Under the pieces are notes generated by a model. That model did not search any database. It was not told the DNA's origin and was given only the letters and a program-made list of their open reading frames with translations. Positions 1-14,127 of a stretch of DNA of 64,000 nt are shown here, in pieces. The position numbers and the translations under genes were made by a program. Numbering within the stretch: the first letter of the stretch is position 1; every line of letters starts with the position of its first letter. The stretch is taken from assembly GCA_013239625.1 (NCBI GenBank), contig MU053652.1, forward strand, positions 7,059,902-7,123,901, read 5' to 3'. Origin of the DNA: Lama guanicoe. Taxonomy: Eukaryota.

Positions 1-641
1 TCTACTAAATATGACTAAAAACCCTGGAAATTACATATAAAACAAACATAAGACAACTCTGAAAGGTTTAGGAAAAAAAGCAGAATAGCTGGGGACCTTG
101 GAACTCAAGGAACAAGGTGGTAGTAAGATCTCCCAGTTTCTTTTTGCTTCATACAGCCCAGCCTTAGAGCTGAAGAAATGAGAAACCCCAAAACCCCAAA
201 AACAGCCATGGGGAAAAAAATCCCCAAGAAAAGCCTGGTTGAAAGGGTCAATCTACCAAAGCAGAAAATGTTTAGACAACTGCACTATCCCAACCAGATG
301 CCACAGAAAAAATTTGCAGCCCCAGTGTCTCCCATGCCAACAAAGGCTGAGTGAGGAGATTAGAATTCCAAATTTGCATCTGTAAGAAGGTACCTCAGCA
401 CTCCTGCCATGATGTTGTCAGAGCAGGCTAAGTTAAAGGGCAAGACTAACAAAGCCACACATCATATTTGGTGCCACTGGAAACCAAATGGGGAGCAAAA
501 CTCTCACCCACAAATAGTGAGTAACAAGATTAAACTGTAGATGTTAACAAAGCCCTAATGACAATCCTGGACTTACACATCCACCAGGCAACAAAAAGGT
601 AGCAGAATGGTGTCAGAAAAAAGAAGCTAAAACAGAAGGTT
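1..641 (+). mobile_element. Old L1 (L1MD-like) 5' region, interrupted at about 641 by a younger L1
   Basis: Resembles L1M 5'-region consensus. It resumes at about 2558 after a 14-bp near-TSD (taaaacagaaggtt 628-641 vs taaaatagaaggtt 2544-2557). Confidence 0.6.
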
Positions 642-2543
642 AAGTAATTTTGTGGATATCAACAAACTAATTCTAAAGTATTAGAAGCAAAACACCCAGA
701 ATAGCAAACACAATTAAAGAACGGGGAAAGAAAAAAGGACCGGCAAGATTTAATATAAAGCCACAGTAATTGAGACAATGTGGTATTGGTGAAAGAACAA
801 AGAGACTGATGGACAGAACTGAAAGCCCAGAAACAGATCCAGACAAACATAGTCAATTGATCTTCAGCAAAGGAACAAAGGTAATACAATGGAGTGAAGA
901 CAGTCTTTTCAACAAATGGTGCAAGAACAAGTGGACATCCAAATGCAAAAAAAAAATGAATCTAAAATTGTAGAACAGATAAACAAGATTACACTGTACA
1001 GCACAGGGAAATATACACAAAATGTTATGATAAATCACAGAGAAAAAAAAATAAAAAATGAATCTAGACAGAGACCTTTACCCTTCACAAAAATTAATTG
1101 AAAACAATTACAGATCCAAATGTAAAATGTAAAACTATAAAACTCCTAGGAAATAAAACATGAGAAAACCCAGATGACCTTGGGTTTGGCAATGACTTTT
1201 CTAGATATAATGCCAAAGGCATGATCCATGACAGAAAATAATTAGTAAGTTGGACTTCATTACAATTAAAAACCCTGCTTTGCGAAAACCAGTTAAGAGA
1301 ATGAAAAGATAAGCCACAGACTGTGAAAAAATCTTTGCAAAATCTGTATCTTATAAAGGACTAATATCCAAGATATATAAAAAACTATTACAATTCACCC
1401 CCAAAAATTTTTAATGGCAAAAAGATCTGAACAGATATCTCACCAAAGGAGAGATCCAGATGGCACATAGGACATCTGCAATGGATGCCCAATATCATAT
1501 GTTATTAGGGAACTGCAAATTAAAACAACAATGAGATACTCTATACTCTCAGAATGCCTGAACCAAAAATCCTGACAAAAATCTCACACTAGTGAGGATG
1601 TAGAGGAACAGAAATGCTCATTGTTATCAAAAATATTGGGGGATTTTTTGTTTTCTTTTGTTTTTAAAACATCTTTTTTGTGATATCATTCCTGTACAGT
1701 AAACTACACATATTTCAGGAATGCAAAATGGTACAACCACTGTGGGAGGCAGTTTACAAAACTGAACATATTCTTACCACAAGATCCAGCAATTGCTCTC
1801 CTTTGTATTTACCTGAATGAACTGTATGTATCTGAATGAGTTGTGGCCACACAATATTCTGTACATAAAAGTTAATAGCATCTTTATTCATAATTGCTGA
1901 AACTTGAAAGGAACCAATATGTCAATCAATAAGTTAACAGATAAATAGTCTGTGGTATATCCAGATAATGGAATATTACTTACTGACAAAAAGGAAATGA
2001 GCTATCTAGCCATGAAAAAACATGGAGAAAACTTAAATGATACTGCTAAGAGAAAGAAGCCAGTTTTAAAAGGCTACACACTGTATGTTTGCAACTATCT
2101 GACCTTCTGGAAATGACAATACAATGGCAACAAAAAAGAGATTAGTGATTGTCGGGGTTTCAAGATTGGGAGGGAGAGATCAATAGGTGCACCACAAGGG
2201 ATTGTTAAGACAGTGAAAATATTTTGCATGATATGGTAATGGTGGATAAATGTCATCATATATTTGCCGAACTCACAGAATGTACAACAAAAAGAGTGAA
2301 TCCTAAGGTAAACTGTGGATTTCAGTTAATAATATATTCATGGCTCATCAATCGCAAATTCACTATGCTAATATAAGACATTAATAATAGAGGAAATTGG
2401 GTAGGGGATAAAAGGGTATATTGGAACTCCATACTTTCTGTTCAGTTTTTATGTAAACTTGAAGATATAAATTCTAAAAAATAAAGTCTATTTGTTAAAA
2501 AACAAATAATAAATGAAAAAAATTTTAATTTTTTTAAATAAAA
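642..2543 (+). mobile_element. 5'-truncated L1 (L1MC2-like): ORF2 C-terminal remnant, 3'UTR and A-rich tail
   Basis: ORF2-like peptide (ESPETDP..SQLIFSKGTKVIQWSEDSLFNKWC), L1MC-type 3'UTR (gaaatgagctatctagccatgaaaa), A-rich tail and flanking near-TSD. Confidence 0.85.
965..1052 (+). mobile_element. 88-bp young L1 3'UTR fragment inserted into the older L1
   Basis: Exact 14-bp TSD aaaaaatgaatcta (951-964 and 1053-1066). The body gtagaacagataaacaagattacactgtacagcacagggaaatatacacaaaatgttatg matches the camelid-type L1 3'UTR as I recall it. Confidence 0.85.
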
Positions 2544-2557
2544 TAAAATAGAAGGTT

Positions 2558-4540
2558 TAAATAAGATCCAGAATCTCAGACCATAATAGAAAAAAAAAAT
2601 AAATGGGACATTTCACCAAGAAGACAGCAATCCTCAATAAGTATGTACTAAACCCCAGAGCTGCAAAATATGTGAAACAAAAACTGATAGAACTAAAGAG
2701 AGAAATAAAGAAATCCACAATTATAGTTGAACAGCTCAACACCTCTCTCTCAACAACTGATAGAACAACCAGACAAAAAATCAGCAGGATATAGAAGAAC
2801 CCAACAATCTTGTCAAACATTAGGATCCATTCAACATTTATAGAACGTCCATCCAAAGACCAGGAGAATACATATTCTTTTCAAGTTTGTACAGAACATA
2901 TACCAATACAGAACATATTCTGGGGCTGTAAGGCAAACCTCAACAATTTTACAAGATTTGAAGTCATACATAGTGTCTTCTCTGATCACAATGGAATCAA
3001 ATCAGAAACAGTAACAGAAAGAAAGCTGGAAACTCTCTTAACACCTGAAAATTAAACAACACTTCAAAAATAATCCATGGATCAAAGAGAAAGTCTTAAG
3101 GGAAATACAAAAATACATTAAACTGAATAAAAATGTAACATATCATTTAACTGTATGATACAGTTAAAGCAGTACAAAGAGGAAACTTACAGCACTAAAT
3201 GCACACTTTTTGCACACAAATGCAAAAAAATGAAGTCTCATTTCAGTAATCTCACTTCCCACCTTAACAATCTAGAAAAAGAAGAGCAAAATAAATCCAA
3301 ATCAAGTGGAAAAAAGGTAATAGTAAAGAGTAGAAATTACTGAAATTGAAAACAGAATAATAGAGAAAAAACAATGGAATAAAGTGTTGGTTCTTCAAAA
3401 ATACAAATAAATTGACACACTATCTAAATGAAAGGAAAAAAAGTGGCTGAAAGACAGACACATAGACCAATGAAAATCAGACCCACAAGCCACATAAATA
3501 GGCCCAAATGATTCAGGACAAAGTTCAAATGCGATTCAATGGAGCCTTTTAAACAATAATACTAGATAGAGCAATTGGGCAATCGGACATTCATAGGCAA
3601 AAAAACCCCCAAAAAAATCCTTATAGAAAAATATATTGAAAAGCCTTCAAAAACTAGGGCTGGACAAAGAGTTCTTGAACTTGACATCAAAAGTATGCTC
3701 CATAAAAGGAGATACTGATAGACTATACTTCACTAAAATAAATAGTTTTTATTCTGTGAAAGATCATGTTAAGAGGATGAAAACACAAGCTACAGAGTGA
3801 GAAAATATCACATCACAACTAGCATGCATAATATATAAAGAACTCTCAAAATTCAATAGTAAAAAAATAAATAAATAAAAATCCAATTAGAAAATGGGCA
3901 AAAAGTCATGAAAAGACATTTCACTAAAGAGGACGTACATGACATGCAACTACCCATACGACCCAGTGTTACATTCCTGAGGACTTTTCCCAGAAAAATG
4001 AAGGTTCAAAATGAAGGCACAAATCCTATACATGAATGTTTATGTGCTTTATTTGTAATGGTTCAAACCCTGAAACAACCCAGATATATTTAAATGAGTG
4101 AATGCTTGAACAATCTATGGCATATTGACACCATAGAACTATTTATAATTTCAACAGCCTAGATGAACCTCCACATGATTATGCTGAGTGAAAAATACAT
4201 ACATACTCCATGATTCTATTTATAGAACATTGATGAAATGGCAAAATTATAAAAATGGAAAACAGATTAGTGGTTACCAAACGTTAAAGTAGAGGTAGGA
4301 GCAGAAGGGATGTGGGTCTGGCTATAAACAGACAACTTAAGTACTCCTGTGGTGATGGAAATGTTCTCTATCTCAGCTTTGTCAATATCAATATCCTGGT
4401 TGTGATATTGTAGTACAATTTTGCAAGCTGTTACCACTGGGAGAAATTGGATAAAGAATATAAGAGATCTCTGTATCATTTCTTACTATTGCATGTTAAT
4501 CTGCTATTATTTCAAAATAGTAAGTTGGATTGAAAAATTA
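2558..4540 (+). mobile_element. Degraded L1 (L1MD-like): ORF2 endonuclease remnant through 3'UTR, with internal deletions
   Basis: Peptide remnants AILNKYVLNPRAAKYVKQKLIELKREI and SVFSDHNGIK match the L1 ORF2 endonuclease region. L1MD-type 3'UTR at about 4270-4530. Confidence 0.85.
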
Positions 4541-5539
4541 AACATGAGGGAACAGAGGCCATTTTCATTTATGTATCAGATACAGGATTCAAACTAAACC
4601 TGAGATGAATTACTCAGAATCATCTACAGAGCAACCTACTTTCTTCCTAAACACCCTCTTTTAGAATAACTCATGAGGAGTATGCCAATATTCTATTTCT
4701 GATCTTTGCTACCAAATTTACAAAATTAGTGTTGATGGTAAAAGGGCTCCCACGATACAAGAGTAAGGCTAAAATAGCTCATGTGTGGCCTGCAATCCTA
4801 TTGTTTGTGGCTCTCTTTCCTGACTCTCTGGCTTCATGATATATTTGTTTGAGGGAACCTGTGATCCACCTGTTTCTGTCACTCAAGGAATAAACGGTAA
4901 TGTCACCTGGAGACAGGCAGTGAAGTATTTCATGGTATTCTTGTCATCTATTTCATTCTGCTCAATTGCTTGCATTGCCTGTCTTTACTTTGCCATGTCA
5001 ATAGCTTTCAGACTACCCTTCTGCCTTACACAGATCTTTTCTATTTGATTTTTCATATGTTCAGGTTGGTAGAGTTACGTCACTCTGAATACAGCTTCAG
5101 TGCCCAGAGATCCTGCTTCAGAACTGTATCAGAACATGTGAAATAATCTACCTGGAAAGTCAAGTAGTAATTCTAACTTTTCTAAGTTGGGTTGTTTAGG
5201 TAGGTGAAATGGTTCCCCACACTGTAGCTGTTTCAAGGCAAACAGACCCATTTTTAAAAGTAAAAATCAAGACAAATATTTGTAGAGCATTATATGTGTG
5301 TCCATCTCTGTTTGTCATTGTGAAGAACCCCAAAGAAAACCCTGACATAAAGACATCAGCTTGACGGCGTAGAGGCACATGGCATCAAGAAGTGGGAAAT
5401 GTAATTAGCATAAAAGAAATACATAAAATGATCTCTACGCTAACAATCTTAGAAAGCATTGTGTTAATAACTAGCTTTTCAATGCTAATATTAAAGTTAC
5501 ATAATTCTACAAATTTTCATGGACTCTTTACTGTAGGAG

Positions 5540-5785
5540 TCTAATGCTATTCTAAGCACTGTGGAGGATACTGGAGATACCAAAGACACTGACTTTGAGT
5601 AGCCTGCAATTTAGTTGCAAAAATGCATTTCATCATGGGAAAATGTATAAGTAATACATAATAATATAATAAGGAATAAAAATATATTTCACAAGAAGAC
5701 ACTATTGAGAGGCCAGCAACCAAAAGGGATTAAAATGTAGTAGAGACATTGTTTATGGAAGGGGGTGTGACTAGAGATGGGACTC
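5540..5785 (-). mobile_element. L2 fragment
   Basis: Degraded L2 3' motifs in antisense (ctaagcactgtggaggatac..., agcctgcaatttagtt). Confidence 0.45.
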
Positions 5786-7169
5786 TATAATAAATACTGT
5801 GTATTATTATACAGTGTATAATAAATACTGTATAAATATAATAAATACTGGAATGAGTGTGACAGAAATGGCAGACAGTGACACAAAAGTTTGAATCTCA
5901 AAGATTCTATTTTCCCATCTGTATTTCCATAGCTTTGATCCCTTTCCTCACGCAGCTTTCACTAAACAACATTTTGAGATCAGAGCCTTCCTTTCTTCCT
6001 GTTAAGTCTTCACCTATTCCCCTTACTCAGTGCCTTTCCCTATAACCCCGTTTCCTGACTGGATACGTTTTATCCACTGACACTGTGTATCACCTGCCTG
6101 ACTGGATTTCCTGCAGCCAAGATTCTCCTCAAGTGTGTTCCCACCCCAGTAGAGCAATTCCCAGGTAGCATCTTCTGGTGTGTCCTTCCAAGTTCTTATT
6201 CTTCTGTTGCCATGTTCTGTGCATCCTTACTCTAATTTAATGAACAAATTTAGACCATTGAATCAAACAGATTTGTTTTGCCAAACTATCCAAATGACTG
6301 ATTTATTCATTATTTTGTGTCTTTAAAATGGTCATCTATTCTTCTAAAGAATGTACAGAGGACTCTGATAAGGCAGATTATATTGAATGAAATTCTCAGT
6401 AAAAACAATGAAATTTGGACATTTAATTTAGGAACTGCAAAACTGGTCTTAGAGGGGAGTGATTGTAAATCTTGCTAATGGAGTAACAAGTACCAAAGAC
6501 GTTCAATACAAAGTGATACTGATGTACATAGTGCAAGAGGTGCTATGATATTTGTAATCATCACAAACATTATTAACAGGACAAGTTACGAAATTAATGC
6601 ATACAATGATCCTGGAAATGTCGGTATGAAAGTGGTTTGTTCACTTATTATTTAGGCAAAATTAAACAGACTGGGAAAGAGGTCAGATGAATTTCTAATA
6701 TTTCAGTACAAATGAAGAGTGATAAAATCACTGTATATATCTTAGTAAAAAACAAAACTTGAAAAAACTACCTGAAATTTTTGGATCCCTACTTATGTAA
6801 GAATGTTCATTCCTTTAGTGACTGGAATTATAAGTTATTTCTATTTTGATTAAAACCTATTAACTCTAGAAATATAAAAATTTGATGTCTATGAAAGGCT
6901 AGAATCACATAGTATAAAATGTCCAAACGCAAAACGATTAGAGCAGTTATCCATCACACCACTGCCTTTTGTCCTGACTGATCCTACTTTACACACCTTT
7001 AGCTTTTAAACGGTGCAGTGCTTCAGGTTCAGCTCCCTGGGAGTTGTTAGGGGAACATGTCAAATTACTACTTATGACTCCCTTCCCACCAATTATCTTA
7101 AGAGAACCATTTTAGTGTTGTGGTGATGATTTAAGAGAATGGAAGCTAAACTAATCTAAACAAATGAAC

Positions 7170-7605
7170 TCTACTGGACATCTTCCATTGCCCCTGGGAA
7201 TATACTAACCACTCTTGCCACATCATTCTGTGCCCTGGATGGCTGCTGTCTATAGTCTACATTCATGACTCTACAGTCTGGTCTTTGGTTGGCAGAAGAT
7301 AGGAAGGAAGGAGGAAAGTATGGTTGGAGTTTATTTCCTGAGCCCTCTCCCTGCAAAATCATTGTAGGCTGGTGGTCACAGTGGCTCCTGTGACATGGCC
7401 CTGTCCTGACAGGAACTTCTCTCCATGGATTCTTATAAATAAGAATCTCACCTCACCACTTCAGGCAAAGGTTCTACTATCATAGGGAACCAAACAAACT
7501 ATCCATGTGTTTCCCTATAAAATGTCCTTAAATATCCACACTTTTGCCCTTTATTATATTCACTTTAAATTTTTCCAATTTGATTGTGCTGTTGAGACCT
7601 GACAT
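7170..7605 (+). mobile_element. ERVL LTR (LTR16-like)
   Basis: Resembles LTR16 consensus (tttatttcctgagccctctccctgc; 3' end cccttta...ccaatttgattgtgctgt...gacctgac). Confidence 0.6.
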
Positions 7606-8189
7606 CCAACAAAAATCTAACATGTTTTCTGCCATCACTTCAGGGAATTTATGTGAAACTAATAAGATTTTCAAATCTTGCTAAATTTCTAATATGCTGT
7701 TAATTGCATACTTCAAGAATAGGGGTAATAAACTTATAAAGGTAGAAATGTGGGATGTGGAGGTTAACAGATTTTTGGAATATTCCTTGCTGGAAGCTGT
7801 GACAACACTAAGGCTGATATCCATTAAGGGCAGTTTTTCCTAATTAAATTTCTGAAATTGTATAGTGTATGAATTATTTTTTGTAAGTGTTCAGCATATT
7901 TGGTGTAGTTAGTGAGGGATAAATAAGAGTTGCCAGCCAAACCCACCACGGTTGGATAAAAGCTTTGGGAAAAGTCAAGCCCCTTAGACTTATTCTCAGT
8001 ATTGATTATTTCACTCTATTTTTTCAGAATAAATTTCTTTACAAGACCAGCTGGAATAAATCTGCCTTTTAGTGGTGTATCTTCCCAATCTACACGACCC
8101 CCGTCTAAGTTTCAGACACAGGATCACATTGTCTGTCCCTGTAAGTGCCTGCTTCTGAGTACACCTCCGCACTGTCTGTCCACATGCAA

Positions 8190-8487
8190 ACACACTCGAT
8201 GACATACCTTTTCCTCCTTCTCTTCCTGCGAAATCCTAGTCCCTGTCCAACATCCAGAACAGCTGTTCTATGAAGTCTACCCACTTTCCTCCAGAAAGAC
8301 TGTTACTTCCTATGTATTTTCAAACTGTTGGGTGTACCTCCACTCTAGCATTCCTTTAACATATAAAAATTGGACTCTAAATATATTGTGAGTTTCTGGA
8401 TGGCAAAGATCTTATTTATTTTTCTTCCCCTAGTACTCAGTTCAGCATGTAATAGCATACAATAAGTATTTAATAAATGAATGAACG
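8190..8487 (+). mobile_element. L2 3' end
   Basis: Ends with the L2 tail caataagtatttaataaatgaatgaa. Confidence 0.65.
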
Positions 8488-9144
8488 GATTTATTAACTA
8501 CCCACAAAGCAAACCAATATAAAGCATTTAGATTTGGTTCTTATAAAACCCCAAATGTGTATTCCTTAAAGTAAATGGACAATTTTCTGATCAAAACTCA
8601 TTAAACATGTTATCTATTAAATTATGTTTAATTTAATATTTGCTATTTCAAGTGATCTGGGATATTTTATTTCTTGACTTTACATAAACACAACCTTCAA
8701 TTGTGTCTGCTGAAACATATTAAGTGCTTTCTGTTTAAATCCATTGAGATAGAATTCATGCAACAAATAAGACCAAAAAAACCCACAAATCAAATCCTGC
8801 AAATGGCCATAAAATGGTACACGGTTGAAAAAGGATACCTGGGAAATCTATTCGAATCTTTCTTATACACTATCTATTTAACAGTAAACTTCTCACTGAC
8901 ATCTTTTAAAAGCCTGAGAGGTAATATAATGAACGACTATGGAGAAAATCAGCAGAAACTATTCCTTAAAACTGGACATGATGACTAAGGATTCTGTTGT
9001 AAAACTGGCCCACAATGTTAACAGTGAATGATGTAGACTGCATAGGTCTATAGGCTGACCAAATCAGCATGATTCCTCTCACTGTATGTAAATATAACTG
9101 CTTATTTTATTGGGCTCTTCAGTCCTGCTAGCTCACTATTTTGT

Positions 9145-9159
9145 GGTTGCTAAGCAACC
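9145..9159. promoter_or_regulatory. Palindromic RFX X-box motif
   Basis: GGTTGCT-A-AGCAACC is a perfect 7+7 inverted repeat matching the RFX X-box, in apparently unique sequence. Confidence 0.5.
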
Positions 9160-12100
9160 TTGGTAATATTACAACAGGCGCACTTAAAAAAAAAAAAAAC
9201 AGGGGGACCAAAAAGTGTCTGTTGATTTATTTATTTGAATGGAGACGATCCAGGTCCAAAATAAAATCTTTTTAATGTGACAGCTGGCACTAACTGGGTA
9301 ACAACCTGCAACTTCACTGTAATCACAGTGAAACAATTTTTTTCTCTGAAAAGGTAAACAGACTTCTGGATACTGCCTTACCCCAAATGTATGTTTGTTT
9401 AATCATTTTTAGTGAGGATTGCTTTTGAATATTTGAAGACAGATTTTGGCCTTGGAAGTTCATGCGGAAAAGTGTATGGGTATGTGTCCAGGGCCAGGAC
9501 GTTTGTAGGACAATATGAAGTATGAATTATTGCAACTGTAGTACCCAGTGAGCAAACTAACCCATCAAGCTATATAAGTTGTCACAAAATGTACTGAAGC
9601 ATTCCATTCCACTCAGGTGAGAGAGAACGAAGGGCAGTAAGGAATCTGAGTCATAAAATCCTTGCTGCCTCAGGGCAATGGTAACTTATTTCACTATATT
9701 TATAGGTCACTAATGGTAACTGATCCAAAAGAAATGGTGGCATCGAATTGTCCTTGGCCTTGTGTCAAAAAGAAAGAAATCATCTATGAATATAGTCAAG
9801 GACCAAAAAAAAAAAAAAATCCACAATTAGTAACAACTCTAACAGCATCAATACAGGAATAATAGTAATGTGTAATTTATTCAGTCTTTCTTCAATGCTT
9901 TCAATGGAATTATTCAAATTCTAGTACATGCAGAGAATATTTATTTCATAGAGAGAAAGTACACTAGCATACTATTCAAACTTACAAGGGACTAAAATTG
10001 CTATGTTCACTTTTGACTGTTGGTAGTGAACAGAATAATACAATGAATCATCCCATTTCTCCCCCTATTTCTCCTTTCCAGGTTAGGTGGCTTTGTCAGG
10101 TGAAGTTGAGATTTTGGAAAATAGTTTCAGCTCTTTTCTGTACTCTTTATCTCAGAGCAGCACAAATACATTTTCCCAGTTCTTAATTTTTATTCTTTCA
10201 TTCTGTTTCTGAGCTGCTCTTTTCCGTGATAACTTACGTCAAAGAAAATTTAGCATTATTTTGTGATACTGCTCATGACTGCCATTTACTTGATATGTGA
10301 CCAGAGTTGATACCATTCCAGATCATTTTTTACTTGTTTTGCCAAGGTAATAACATTCATTAAATAATACAGAATCTTTGTTTCAGGGAAGAATGGACAT
10401 GAAACTTGTTAAAACCCAAGTTTTTTGTTGTTGTTGTTTTTTAATAGTAAGCACTGCAGGAAAGCAATACAATGACATGGTGTAACAATTTTATTTCTAA
10501 AAGATAAACTACAATTCCACTCATTTGTTATTCTGCTGAAGTACTTTTAAATGATGTTTTACCCAGGCAGAATTTCTGCTGAGAATCCTCAGACATGTGT
10601 GTACTATAAAGCAGTCACACATTTCTTGTTTTCATAACCTTTCTGGCTAAGCGCTTTTAATCAAGCCTGTATCATCTGTTCTCTATTCTATATTGTTAAT
10701 TGTCACAAACAAGGTATAGCACTCTGACCCATTGATTCAGGGTTTAGAAATTCATATGGAAACTCTGAGAAAATTTAGTGTGACAGAATTCAATGAATTT
10801 CAGTTTTATACAATGCATATTTAAAAGTATACTTATGACTAAGTTTATGTCTGAGAACAAGTAGCCTGTCTGAAAACTGAATTAGCTAATTCCTTGAATA
10901 TGTTGAACTGCCAAGTTTGATCACATATTAACACAAATCATTTTTAAACTGTTGAACTTTATTTAAATCAATGTCTGCAATATATTAATTGACCACTTTG
11001 TTTAATATATTAGCTGAGTTCCTATAAAGTTAAATTCAAATCAAATTTCAATAAATTTTATTACCTTAAACATAATAGGAAAATAAGCTACTGAAGGCAT
11101 GACATTCTTAATGTTATATAAAGTAAATAATCGTTTCTCCCTTTTTCTTTTTATTTTGTGACCTATTTCTCCTTGAAAGATGTAGCTTGTATTGTAAAAA
11201 TGTACTTGGAACTTTATTAAGCAAACTATGTAATAAACTTAAATCCAAGCTTAGAAACAAATATACACATTATCTACTAAAAAATAAACAGTTAAATTAG
11301 ACTCCTCCACCCCAAAAGTCTATTGAGTTTTATTTAGACTTAAGCCATGCAGCTTCAAACCATGTTTATGATATACAGACAGAAGATACTTCACCTGACT
11401 CAAGAGTGTCTGGCCTCGCATTCACAAGGCAGTAAACATTTTTACGGCATAAGACTATTTAACCTGAATGGCACCCACACATGGGCTTCCTGAGTTGCAC
11501 TTACACAGATCTCCTTCTTCTGGAAAGCCTCCCTTGAGAGGCCTACCTGAAATACCAGATCAACTAGACCATGAAGATCTAGCCTAGTAAATAATCCAAC
11601 AGTCTGAAAATGTTCAGGTCTGAGTTAAAACAAATACTTTCTTTTCTTACTTACAAGACGCATTAGCACCTATCTAGGTATTACTTCAAGCTTTTAAACA
11701 TAGATCAATCCACATTTTGTGTTTCTGTCCATAAACGAAAGGGGAAAAAAAAGAAATAGCAGATAAAATGAGATTACCACATACTTAGGATGCCAATTAT
11801 TCTGAAATAAAGCATTTTATGGCTGAAAAATTACTAATAGTCAAATATTTAAAATATATATGCTTGCACCTAAATATGTGAAAAATAGCATATCTGTAAT
11901 GTGATAATCATTTAATCATGGCTGGTGTTAACCTCATCACATCTGAAGAGAATCTAAATTTACAAGTTCTTAAACTTGTCATTTCTCAACTTTATAAATA
12001 AGATTCACTGAAAGATAAAAATTATCATAAAAATAATCTTTGGTTTAGGGAAAGAATCCTTAACAAAAAGCTAAATCAAATTCAACTCTCTCCTGAACAC

Positions 12101-13049
12101 TTCAATATACGTTTAGGCTACAGGTAGTAAACAATATAGGCTAATCCTACATGCTAGAGATTCTCACCTTCTAACATCCCTTTCAAAATCTTCAAGTTTT
12201 GTTGCTCTGAACAGCAACAGATAATGTCCTCTCACCTACATCTATTTTTTCTCTTTATTGCATATGCAGTGTTGAGAGGGGAACAATTAAATAAGGCCAC
12301 AGCAGACAGTACATGGTAGACTGTTTCCTTACAGCCCTTAGGAATGGTTTTAGGATGTATATTTGCAATAGTTACCCAAAAATCATAGGCCAAAAAACAA
12401 AAACAAAAAGACTTTCAAAGTTATACTTGATACTGCTCTCCTGAAGGAAAAGTCCTTACTTTTTAGTCACAATCATTGACTTCCTCCATAATTCCTTTTC
12501 CAAGGGTAATCTAAGAGATGACTGAATGTCACGGTGTATAAAAAAATAAAAATGGTCTGCAAAAAAATTCTTCATTGGAACTTTCCCCTAAATTAAATTC
12601 CTCATCTTCATAAATACTCAAAATTCTCTATCTTGATAACATTGATTTTAGTGGTTGGAGCACAATGATGTTCATTTAATAAAATTCAGACTTATTTGGA
12701 ACACTCTTGTAAGACTATTATATTGGACTATTTAATAGAATATAGCCTTATTGAACACAAAAATGTTCTATGTATTCAAATATATTCACCTTTCTTTTTA
12801 GGTTTTTATATGCAACACATATTTAGTGAGAAAAAATGTTCTCCCCCTTATGATATCATTTTCATTATACATTTCAGAGAATTTCCCATCACAGATTCAC
12901 TGTTAATGACTAAGGAACTAAAATCTGAACTGTGAAAATAAAGGTTGAGTAAATAACAGTGGCAAACCAGGAGGCCAACGTGTCCTTCCCTATTCATGTG
13001 TACTCCTTCTCTCCCACCTTTCAAATTTTGTGCAAGCACCTCTATCAGC

Positions 13050-14094
13050 AAATTACAACTCATAGTATCTAGCGAGTACAGTACTGGCACAAAAATGGAC
13101 ACAGAGATTAATGGTACAGAACAGAAAGCCCAGAAATAAACCCACAGAGACGTGGTCAATTAATCTGCAACAAAGGAGGCAAGAATATACAATAGGGGAA
13201 AGAAAGTCTCTTCAGTAAGTGGTGTTGGGGAAACTGGACAGCTATATATAAAAGAAAGAAAGTAGACCATTTTTTTCATTCCATATACAAAGATAAATTC
13301 AAAATAGATTAAAGACTTAAATGTAAAACCTGAAATCATGAAACTCCTACAAGAAAATATGGGCAGTACCCACTTTGGAATCAGTTTTAGTAAGGGTTTT
13401 TTGGATCTGTTTTCTCAGGCAAGGACAATAAAAGCAAAAACAAACAAATGAGACTAAATCAAACTAAAAACCTTCTGCACAGTGAAGGAAACTATCAAAC
13501 AAAATGAAAAGGCAACCTATTGAATGGCAGAAAATATCTGCAAATGGTATGTCCAGTAAGGATTTAATATTCAAAATATATAAAGAACCCATACAACTCA
13601 ACACTAAAAAAAAGAAAGAAAGAAAGAAAACCCAAACAACCCAAATAAAAAATGGGCAGAGGACCAGAACAGACATTTTTCCAAAGAAGACATACAGACA
13701 TCCAACAGGGACGTGAAAAGATGCTCAACACCAGGGAAATGCAAATCAAAATTACAGTGAGATCTCACCTTACACTTGATAACGACTATCATCAAAAAGA
13801 CAGCAAATAACAAGTACCGCTGAGAATGTCGAAGGTAACCATCCTGCACTGTTGATGGAACACAGATTGGTGCAGCCACTATGGAAAACAGTATGAAAGT
13901 TCCCCCCCAAATTAAAAATAGAACAACCATACAACCCAGCAATTTCACTCTTGGGTATTTATCCAAAGAAAATGAAAGCACTAATTCAAAAAGATATATG
14001 TACCCCATGTTCACTGCAGCATTACTTACAACAGCCAAGATATGAATGCAATTTAAGTGTCCAATGATGAATGGATAAAGAAAATGTGGGCCAT

Positions 14095-14127
<33 letters not shown>

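Noticed and set aside
6300..6720. Coding-like stretch or endogenous viral element
   Set aside because: Hand translation of the + strand gives only short open frames with no recognisable motif. blastx would be needed to exclude it fully.
11640..11730. Minus-strand exon between an acceptor near 11725 and a donor near 11650
   Set aside because: It has stops in all three frames and no other support.
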